Below are positions 48,003 to 57,115 of a stretch of DNA of 57,115 nucleotides, in pieces; the stretch's first letter is position 1; each line of letters opens with the position of its first letter. The notes under the pieces are model-generated. The model made no database searches, was not told the origin of the DNA, and saw only the letters and a list, made by a program, of their open reading frames with translations. Position numbers and translations under genes: made by a program. Origin of the DNA: Pachysolen tannophilus NRRL Y-2460 (lineage: Eukaryota); the NCBI GenBank assembly GCA_001661245.1, contig KV454017.1:1023903-1081017 (forward strand), given 5' to 3'.

Positions 48003-50522
48003 TCAACTTTGCTTCCTAACGTTGATAGGAACATCCAAATAAAATTTGTAATTTCCGTCTATTTCATTTATAATACCTTTTTGAACTTTCACGTCTGATT
48101 CATGATCATATAATACATCATATTCGCAGTTAAACAGTTTTTGAGTTTTAAACTTTATTCTTAAAAAATAAAGCCTACTTACTAAACAAGTTTGAAAATC
48201 TGGAACCAAAATTACTGAAGATAATTTTTCTTTATCTAAAGATAATGAAAAATCAATTTTTTGTGAAATTTTTAAATTTGAAGAATCATCATTTACTTGT
48301 GTAATTATTGGTTCATTTTTAATTTTAACTTTAGTAGAAAAAACATTTGTAAAATAAGATTTTTGGAAACTTAATTCATTAATAGCTTTTAATCCATTCA
48401 GACTTGTTAAAGATATAAAAGAATCACGAGGAAAAGCTTTGACTTTTTTAGTAAAATCTCTAAAATCTTTTTTCAAAGTTTGATCTAAAATTAAATTTGA
48501 TCCAAACCAAGTTGATTGCAATTCAATAGGTAAAGGTGTACCTTTTGTCCTAACATTGACATAATGCAATTCTATATCTGGTTCTAAAGTAATTAAACTG
48601 GATAACATGTCACCTTTGTTGACTTCTGGAATATATGATTTTTGATTCATTGATATAGGCAGTGATGGAAGTACGTATTTAAACTTAATACTTAATGGAA
48701 TAATGTAAGAACCTGAACTCAAGATTGAATGCGAAGAAGAATTGGAAATTGGACTCTTCAAAGCATTATAATCGAGTATAAAATTAGAACTAACAGCTGC
48801 TGAGATTGAAAAAAATCCAAACTTATCCCGTAATTTATCATCATAAATCTCTAATAAAGATTCTTTTCCTTCATTAATATTCAGTTTTTTTTCAAAAACT
48901 TTAGAAATTTTTAATTTCTGCTTCTTTTTCCGGAAAAGTTTGAACGAATTTGAATAAATTATATCGGAATTAGCAGTTTCTTGAGAGTCTGAAAGAGTTG
49001 AACTATTTGTAGACCCTAATGAAGACGCTCGAGAAACAAAATTATGATCTTGTTCACGATATAAGTTTGGATGTTTATATCTAGCTAAAGATTCACTGGT
49101 TCGACTGCTACTGCTCTTATCAGCATCTACTTCACCTATTCGACGATCCTCAACTCGATCGCTACACCTTCCTTCCCCTCCACTACCACCCCCATCGTTC
49201 TCCACATTGGGAGAAGATATTCGGTCATATACCAAGATTCGTCGGTCTTGATCTAAGACAGGAATACCAGCTTCAATTACTCTGATATCACGAGAAATCA
49301 ATTCCTTTAATTGTGTTAACTGTTCACATGGACTTGGCTTATATATATCGTAATCATTCCTATCACTTCCCGAATCTATTTGTGAAATATCTTTAGGAAT
49401 AAATCTTATTAAACATCTTTTATTTGCCTTCACAATAAATTTCTTATTATCTGATTGATTTTCCAAAGTTATTAATCTTGCATTAACAGAGTAATTAACT
49501 GAGAAATTGATATCTGAAAGATCTGCAGCTGATAAAAATGATTTATCAGTATCTTCCATTTTCACACCTGCAGGTGGAACTTTGACATTATTAAAACCGA
49601 TAGAAGGTGCTAATTTTAAATGTGAATCTAATGATTGATGACAACTTTGATCTAAACAATTGAAAGGAATCTTAAATTGGAAAAATTTCTTATATTTACT
49701 TTTTGGAGCCAAAATCCTAGATGCAGGTAATCCAATATAAACACCTTCTTTCTTATCAAATTTCAAATTATTGGAATTATCAACATATGTCCAACTTCCA
49801 CCTAGATCTATCATTCTTAAAAATGTTTTCGTTTTAAAATCTTCAGAAATATCATTTATCGCAGTGATTCTGCAATTACCTTCAAAAGTTACAAAAAATA
49901 ATTCAAATTGACATTCTTTACGAGAAGTATTCTCAATAATGATATGACCATCAATTATATCATCATTTGTGAAAAATTTTTTTTTAGATATTTCTTTATT
50001 TAACTTTATATGTAATTTAATTTCTGATTGTAATGAATCCAATTCAAGATTATTCAAATTATCCAATATTGAATATTTGGAACTATCATAAAGATTTTCA
50101 TCATTACTATTATGATCTGAATTATTGCTTGTATTCAAAGTATCTTGTTCTTGATAAGCTGGTAAATTATAAGATGAAACATCTGAAATTAAACCACTTG
50201 AACTCTCAGTTATATTCAAATCTCTTTCACTAGCACTAGCAATTGATCTATTTAAGATTGACTGGTGCATTTGATAAGAAGGTAAAATATCAAATAAACC
50301 AGTTGAACCAATTGTAGGACAATTATCATCTGCAGTCAGCAAATTCAGCAACGATGGATAAATTGGATCTGTACTAACCACTGATTCGCCAGTCCTAGTA
50401 CTCGAAGCAGAAGACGATGAGGATTTTTGGACATTGATACTTGTGCCACCACTACCACTATTTCTCAATGGATCGCTCTGTAACTCACTGGAGTCGAAAG
50501 TTGATAAAAATTCAGAATTCAT
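48003..50522 (-). CDS. Bul1/Bul2-family Rsp5 ubiquitin-ligase adaptor
   Basis: DILPSYQMH, PY-type motif LPAY, FFVTFEG, FLRMIDL..SW, KKFFQFKIP, LVPDFQTCLVSRLY; first ATG at 50522. Confidence 0.85.
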   Translation of the reverse strand: MNSEFLSTFDSSELQSDPLRNSGSGGTSINVQKSSSSSASSTRTGESVVSTDPIYPSLLNLLTADDNCPTIGSTGLFDILPSYQMHQSILNRSIASASERDLNITESSSGLISDVSSYNLPAYQEQDTLNTSNNSDHNSNDENLYDSSKYSILDNLNNLELDSLQSEIKLHIKLNKEISKKKFFTNDDIIDGHIIIENTSRKECQFELFFVTFEGNCRITAINDISEDFKTKTFLRMIDLGGSWTYVDNSNNLKFDKKEGVYIGLPASRILAPKSKYKKFFQFKIPFNCLDQSCHQSLDSHLKLAPSIGFNNVKVPPAGVKMEDTDKSFLSAADLSDINFSVNYSVNARLITLENQSDNKKFIVKANKRCLIRFIPKDISQIDSGSDRNDYDIYKPSPCEQLTQLKELISRDIRVIEAGIPVLDQDRRILVYDRISSPNVENDGGGSGGEGRCSDRVEDRRIGEVDADKSSSSRTSESLARYKHPNLYREQDHNFVSRASSLGSTNSSTLSDSQETANSDIIYSNSFKLFRKKKQKLKISKVFEKKLNINEGKESLLEIYDDKLRDKFGFFSISAAVSSNFILDYNALKSPISNSSSHSILSSGSYIIPLSIKFKYVLPSLPISMNQKSYIPEVNKGDMLSSLITLEPDIELHYVNVRTKGTPLPIELQSTWFGSNLILDQTLKKDFRDFTKKVKAFPRDSFISLTSLNGLKAINELSFQKSYFTNVFSTKVKIKNEPIITQVNDDSSNLKISQKIDFSLSLDKEKLSSVILVPDFQTCLVSRLYFLRIKFKTQKLFNCEYDVLYDHESDVKVQKGIINEIDGNYKFYLDVPINVRKQS

Positions 50523-51023
50523 TTTTTCGGAGTTAAGGTTAAATTCTAATAATTCAAAACTGAGTGTGAAGATTGGAAAAAGAAAATAAAAAACAAAAAA
50601 TGAAGTCAATCAAGTTTATTAATTATTCAAAATCAAATACAATATAGTCATCTACTAAAGAAAAGAAGAAAGAGAAAAAAAAATTCACTTTTTCTCACAA
50701 TATTAGAAAACTCAGAGTTTATTTATAGTATTTAGTTTAAGAGAGAACCTAACCAATTTTTACATATATAATTTCAACTAAATTTATAAAATCTATAGAG
50801 ACTCTTGCGTGCAGATGATTTAGGCAGAAAGTAAACTTTAAAGTATCGAAAACACCAATTTTTTCAATTATAATCTCATGTATTCTCACAAGATAATTCT
50901 TTTTTTCTTTTGAACTTATCCTAATTCAGTTTCAATGTAAATCAATTGTTACAGTATATGGAAAAATTAGGTTTATAATAACCAATAAAAACCAAAAAAC
51001 CCATTTCTGACTCATAAATTGAG

Positions 51024-51056
<33 letters not shown>

Positions 51057-52036
51057 ATATTTTTTTTTCCCTGTAGTTATTTAATTAACCATTTGTGCAT
51101 TAAATACAATAGAGAAAGAAAATTTTTTCTTCATCTTCTCCCCAATATTATCAGTTTTAATTCTAGATTTTCAAGAGCAAATGATAATATCTACCTATAA
51201 AAAAAATGGATAATTGCAACAATTAAAACCGAATATGCAAGATGTATGTAATAAGACAACAGACAACAAAAACATAATAGTAAAAGTGAGAAATTTGAGA
51301 AAAGTGTTATATATTTGCATGTTTTAGTCATAAAAGGATGTAAGGCAAACGCGTCTGTATTTTTTTTCTCTCTTTCTCTCTTTATGTATCTCTGCGTTTG
51401 TGTACATAAATTGGGAATAATCCCCAAAAAATACCGGAGTTTACGAAATTATCACTATTCATTAATCCGTTTATAAGATGATAAAATAAATTGTAGTTGA
51501 TCATATTTGTGTTTTTTTTTGTTTTGCCACCAGGAGTTGTTTCATAAAATAAGTAATTAATAACTTGAATTGTAAGGTAGCGCGTAGTTGGCGTAGGTGG
51601 CGAAGATAGCGTAGGCATACTAAAAAATAATATTAATGCAATTTTTGCATCAATTTTTCGTAATCGTTTTAAATTCATAGACTAATACTATATCTTAATA
51701 ACTCTTTTGTCTCTCTCATCTCTTTTTGAGTAACATTGATTGAAAAAAAAAAAAGAAAAAAAGGGGGGGTTAGGTATTTCTTATTATTGAATATTGCGAT
51801 ATCAATTTTTATTTTGTGACATTTTTCACAAATTACAAAATTTTTTTTTCTTCTTTTGTTTCTATAGATGTTTAATTTCTTGTGATTTTAATTGTTATTG
51901 TGTAATTTCAAATTGAAGTTTTTTTAACTCCGAGAAAAAAAAAATAAAAATAAAAGAAAAATAAAAAAAAATTAGAATAATAATATATTAACAAAAATTA
52001 ATTACTAATTGTAAAAGGAAAATCTTAATTTTCATA

Positions 52037-52876
52037 ATGATAAGAAATCAAGCAGGAACGCAAGAAGGTCATGGCGAACTTGAGACTAAAAAAAATATAA
52101 GTCATCCATTTGAACTGGATGAGGAGTGGAATTATCATGATACTGTTGACCCAAATTGGGTTGCTGGAAAGGGCGCTTCTGATAATAAATGGAGCAATTT
52201 TAATAAAATACAGATTGATCCATTTTCGGAAGATAGGAGTTCAGCTGATAATTATAAATTATTAATTGGAGCTATTACACCAAGACCAATTGCTTTTGTA
52301 TCAACTATTAACTCTAAAGGAAATAAGAATCTTGCACCTTTTTCTTATTTTAATGTTGTTAATAGTGATCCACCTATATTTGTTATTGGTTTCACTGGAA
52401 ATTCAAATTTTAGAGATACATGTAGGAATATTATGGAAACTGGTGAATGTACCATAAATATTATATCAGAGTGGTTTGTGGAAGCTGCGAATTTTTGTAG
52501 CATTAATTCACCACCAGATGTTGATGAATGGAAACTTTCAGGATTAACTGCTTTACCTTCAACAAAAGTAAAACCACCTCATGTAGCAGAGTCGGCTTTT
52601 TCTATAGAGGGGAAATTAATAAATTCTCATGAATGGAAATCTAAATTTGATCCTTCCAAAATTTCAGGAACTATGTGTATCATAGAAGGTGTTAATTTTC
52701 ATGTTAGAGAAGATCTTACTAACAAAGATCAGAATTTATTAAATTTTACAAAATTAAAACCTGTGTCTAGATTGGGAGGTATAATGTATTCTAGGACTGT
52801 TGAAGGTTACGAACTCACTAGACCAAATTATGAAGAAGAAGTTGAGAAAAAAGAAGTAAAAGATATACTCAAATAA
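52037..52876 (+). CDS. Flavin reductase-like FMN-binding protein (DIM6/NTAB family)
   Basis: YKLLIGAITPRPIAFVST, NLAPFSYFN, DT.RNI.ETGEC.INII, PPHVAES.FSIE, PVSRLGGI.Y. Confidence 0.88.
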   Translation: MIRNQAGTQEGHGELETKKNISHPFELDEEWNYHDTVDPNWVAGKGASDNKWSNFNKIQIDPFSEDRSSADNYKLLIGAITPRPIAFVSTINSKGNKNLAPFSYFNVVNSDPPIFVIGFTGNSNFRDTCRNIMETGECTINIISEWFVEAANFCSINSPPDVDEWKLSGLTALPSTKVKPPHVAESAFSIEGKLINSHEWKSKFDPSKISGTMCIIEGVNFHVREDLTNKDQNLLNFTKLKPVSRLGGIMYSRTVEGYELTRPNYEEEVEKKEVKDILK

Positions 52877-53149
52877 TTTTTATTAAATTAAAGCTAATTC
52901 GTATAGATATTTATTATTGTTTAATAATTGAGAGAATAATTAAATACAATTTTTCGATTTTATTAATTTTGCAATGTTTTAGCCTAATAAAAATTTTAAA
53001 AGTATATTTTAATAGTTATTCGTATTCTTATATCGAAATATAGTCTTTAAAAGATACCTTTTTTTTTTAACATTTTCTTGTAAAAGAAATTTTTTTTTAG
53101 CCGAAACATAATTAAGATCTATTGAATCTTGAATTTCCATCGTTTTAAA

Positions 53150-53992
53150 ATGTCTGATATTAACACTCTAGCTGTTATTGGCTGTGGAACCATGGGTTCA
53201 GCTTTAATTCAATCAATTTATCGTAAAGTTTCTAGTTCAGCACCAAAGCATATCATATTGACTACAGCTACAGATAAATCTTTGGAGAAATTACGAATAA
53301 AATTTAAAATACCAAACGCTAATGGAATAAGTTTTGAATTTACTACAAATAATCGATTGGCTGCCTCTAAAGCAGATGCCTTATTATTGTCGTGCAAGCC
53401 AGACTTGTCACTTGAGATATTGAACTCGATAAAACAAGATATTAAAGACAAATTGTTGATATCTATCGTTGCAGGTTTCTCCAATTCTAGACTTGAGACA
53501 TTTTCAAAATATACTTGCACGATTATGGCAAGCATAGTCCTTTCATATACATCCGGTCCAATTTCATTAACCATGAATCCCTCGGTAGCTGCTCGGTATG
53601 GTGATTATTTGGATAACTTATTATCACAGCTGGGAAGTATTATCTTGGTAACAGAAGACGAAAGTGACATAACCAATGCAATCATTGGTTCTGCCACTGC
53701 TTTCACTTTATTATACGTTGAATCATTAATACAAGGTGGTATTTCAAAGGGATTGACTTACGATAAGGCAAAGAAAATGACTTTGAAAATGGTAGAAAGC
53801 ACTTTAAAAATGGTTTTAACGGCTGGGGAAAGTTCTGAAGAATTAATAAACGCCTTAGTAACTCCTGGAGGTACTACAATCGATGGGCTTTTGACTTTAG
53901 AAGAAGGAAAGTTTAGATCTACTGTTACTCGTCTGGTGCAGAGCAGCGCAGATAAGGCTGCTTCATTATGCAAGGACAATGATATGAGCTAG
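53150..53992 (+). CDS. Pyrroline-5-carboxylate reductase-like protein (divergent PRO3 family member)
   Basis: IGCGTMG Rossmann motif, LSCKP, ISIVAG, VTPGGTTIDGL..LE; the usual R-x-M-[PT]-N-T and GSGPA motifs are altered. First ATG at 53150. Confidence 0.8.
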   Translation: MSDINTLAVIGCGTMGSALIQSIYRKVSSSAPKHIILTTATDKSLEKLRIKFKIPNANGISFEFTTNNRLAASKADALLLSCKPDLSLEILNSIKQDIKDKLLISIVAGFSNSRLETFSKYTCTIMASIVLSYTSGPISLTMNPSVAARYGDYLDNLLSQLGSIILVTEDESDITNAIIGSATAFTLLYVESLIQGGISKGLTYDKAKKMTLKMVESTLKMVLTAGESSEELINALVTPGGTTIDGLLTLEEGKFRSTVTRLVQSSADKAASLCKDNDMS

Positions 53993-55473
53993 CTAATATT
54001 TTCTAAAAATGTTTATAGATGTTTATTCTGTTTTGCGATAATAGGTACGAGTTTGCTATTATAATGATCATGAAAAGAATAATGCGGCTACAAATTTATA
54101 TACAATAAAATTTTATTTAACTTTTTTTTATTCTTAACCTTATATTCAACATTACGCAAACGAAAAATAAAATCCAAAATCACTCTCAATAAAAACATTT
54201 AAGACCCAAGTAGGCTGGAAATTCTACTTTTATTGATAGACGGGTTGTAGTGTTTTTCATTTTCAGATGAACAATTATATTTCCTCTTTTGTTCAAATAC
54301 AACAGTGATAATATGTACATAACGTAAATTATCATGCATAATTTATACATATTATTCAGCGGATGTGTTTGTCACTTCTAATACTAATGATATATTCTCC
54401 ACAAATTCTCAACTTTGATCTCAAAGAAAAGAAATAAATTTAGCAATTATGTATTATCATTTACTCATTGTCAGTTGACAGGAAGTTGGAAATCAGGTGT
54501 ATTTTGAAAAATGATAATGTACGCATCATGCATATAGTGTTTACTTCTGATGATCCTGATTCACCAGGTATTATTTGCACAATTAATATGATTGCCAATT
54601 AGAACTAGGAGAAAAATAAAATGTTTGAGTTACCTAATAATTACTTCTAATATTTTAGGATACTCAAACTAGATTAAAGATAAAAGACAGAATAATGAAG
54701 TTCCCAAAACAATTGTAGAATAAAATTTCTTCACTACAGAAAGCGGTTTTGCATATTTGAAGTAATGAGAAAAAAAACTTTTAACCAGAAAATAGATTTA
54801 TTCAGAACCGCTGAAACTCTTAAAAATTACAGTACTGATTATTCAAAACCGTTTGTTTGTCTAATTAAAAATTACAAAAGGAAGCTTTTGTATTATAGAT
54901 TACAAGAAACCATCAATAATAGTAGCTCTGAATAAAAAAGGTACCAAGTTTTTACAGAAATCCAAGTAACTTGTATTAGAGATAAACGATTACAGAGCTA
55001 GTTGCGGAATTGCAATAAACAATTTTTTGTGCTAACTTGATTAAGACTAAAGGGCAATATAAAAGGGAAACAGATCCAGGAAGTTTAAACTGTAACATCA
55101 CAAATCTAATAGTATATAATCGTAAGAGGTTTGATTGCATTTATGAATTTTTTTTTTTTTTTTTTTTTTTTGGTTTGTTGATAACTAAATTTTATACAGT
55201 CTAGCTTGTATTTTCATAGAATCAACTATTTCGATACAACATTTGATTTCTTGATCACAAAGTTAAACTTCACTCAACCTATTTATAAAGACTTCGAATT
55301 GTGATAATTATTCGTCTTTTACGGATTTTCGGCCAAAAAAAGAAAAAACGTAGTGTAAGAAACTTGATCTCAGACCACAAGTTTCAAATGTTGTTTAGGT
55401 ATGCTACTTGATTATTCTTGCTGTAAGTACTTTCATTTAGCTTTGGAGGACAAAAGGGAGATAAAGGTGAGCG

Positions 55474-56301
55474 ATGCTGAAGCCTGAAAAGTATATTTTA
55501 TATGATTTATCGTCGGAGTTAAAACCCAAAACATGGTCACCCAATACATGTAAAGTTCGCTTGACTTTGAATTATTTAGGTATTCCATTCGAATCTAAGT
55601 TTCTAAAATACCCTGAGATCAAAGAAGTTTTGTCGAGTTTAGGGGTGGAGCCATGGGAATCACAAACAATATTTCACAAAGCGGAGTATACTCTTCCTGC
55701 ATTGACTATAAGGTATGAAAATGGATCAGAAGAAACTGTTATGGGAACCGAAGAAAATATTTTGAATAAAATAGTAAGTGTTTATGGGAAAGACAAACTA
55801 TATCAAGGAGAAGAGGAATTCTGCGAGGTATTAATGGGCTACTACGGAGAATATTTGAAAGGACTAGTTTTTAAGAATGTAGTTCCTTTTATTCGAAACA
55901 TTTTAGATGATGATGGTGGTTTCACTAAAAAGTTTTTTGATAATACAAGAACCATATCGCCGGCACAACTTGATATGCTTAGGGAACGAGATTCGAGACA
56001 AATGGAAACCGAATGGCAAGAATTTAAAGATGAGCTTGCTTCATTCAAATCACTTAAGAAAGTTTGCGAGGGGCAAACGTCAGATGAAAAATTTGAGTAC
56101 TATATTGGTAAATTGGATAAATTTTTAAAAGGTGATTCAAAATATTTAATCAGTGATGAAAACCCCAGTTTTGCTGATTTCGTGTTGTTTTCAATAATTT
56201 TATGGTGTAAACAAAGCGTTAAAGGTGGAGCATTGGAGTTTGACTTTCTCACAAGAGTGGAAAAAGTATGGTACGAGAGAATTAGCAAATATAATTACTG
56301 A
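55474..56301 (+). CDS. Glutathione S-transferase-like protein (fungal GSTFuA/etherase-like group)
   Basis: ILYDL, WSPNTCKVRLTLNYLGIPF, YPEIK, YTLPA (cis-Pro loop), PSFADF N-capping box. Confidence 0.8.
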   Translation: MLKPEKYILYDLSSELKPKTWSPNTCKVRLTLNYLGIPFESKFLKYPEIKEVLSSLGVEPWESQTIFHKAEYTLPALTIRYENGSEETVMGTEENILNKIVSVYGKDKLYQGEEEFCEVLMGYYGEYLKGLVFKNVVPFIRNILDDDGGFTKKFFDNTRTISPAQLDMLRERDSRQMETEWQEFKDELASFKSLKKVCEGQTSDEKFEYYIGKLDKFLKGDSKYLISDENPSFADFVLFSIILWCKQSVKGGALEFDFLTRVEKVWYERISKYNY

Positions 56302-57115
56302 AATTTGTCGAGATTCAGATAGAAAGTTTGTTTCTGCGATAGAATACTGGGTGGATAATGTAGGATTGAGAGCTGATCGGATATGTAGAATGTTCTACAT
56401 TATGAGTTTCACTAAAAAGAAGAAAAAAAAAGTAAAAAAAACCGTTTTTAATTTGGAGCAGAATCTGAAAAGAGTAGATCATTGTAAGACCAGTAATCTT
56501 TATTAAATATAAAAATGAGGAAACTGTTCACTTGTTATGCATTTTAAATATGATTTTGCTTGAATAAGTATGTAAATACTAAATCTGATTTTTTTAAAAA
56601 TATCTGACAAAAGTTTAGTACTATTTTTCTCTTAATGAAGGAGAATTAGACAAAGTCAGAGAAAGACCAATATGTTACTGTATTGGACGTAGTTTTAAAC
56701 TGATATCTTTTCTATGTTACTAGTTCTCGTTAAGTAATCATCAGGAATTTCTGCTTTATTCTGCATGTAGAACAATGTAGTGTACAATAGAGAAATGTTT
56801 GAGTTACAAAACGATCAAAAGTTGACGTTGGATATCATCAAGGATAGATATTGATACAAGTAGCAAAAGCGTTTTTTTGGGCAAAGGTAACGAATAGCAT
56901 GAGCTTAGAATTTAAAGAATAGGTTCTCATTATATACAGTGCTCAGGTTCGAGAGAGAACCTCAATCAATAAACAAGAATGTAAACCAATATAGTAATAC
57001 TTCGAGTGCAAGTCTTGCATTAATAGTCTTCTTACAGTATTGTGCAGCGTATAAATGAAAGTAACTTTGATGTCACAGTAACATCATAAAAAAGAAATAA
57101 CAAAGTAGAAGGCCC

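Overview
AT-rich, gene-dense eukaryotic DNA from a budding yeast (Saccharomycotina). It holds about 26 protein genes: ARO1 (5'-truncated), APL3, a PLPBP/YBL036C homolog, SEC59, a Psy3-like Rad51 paralog, LHP1, POL12, IST2, SLC1, a tiny CYSTM protein, LIF1/XRCC4 (frameshifted), MRN1, ARO9 (broken), TPN1, an MDG1/CRP1-like CBM protein, RQC2, RET2, OCA4, an Snf1 beta subunit, PPN2, glucosylceramide synthase, RPM2, a BUL adaptor, a flavin-reductase-like protein, a divergent P5C reductase and a GST. There are 7 spliceosomal introns and 2 N-gaps. Several CTG codons sit where homologs have Ala, suggesting the CUG-Ala code (translation table 26, Pachysolen-like; species is an inference). The most striking structure is ARO9: its two halves lie on opposite strands and join codon-perfectly (GLTQ|SLELRKK) if 25287-26419 is inverted. 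LIF1 is interrupted by a -1 shift at an A9 run. All family assignments are from recalled motifs, not database searches.
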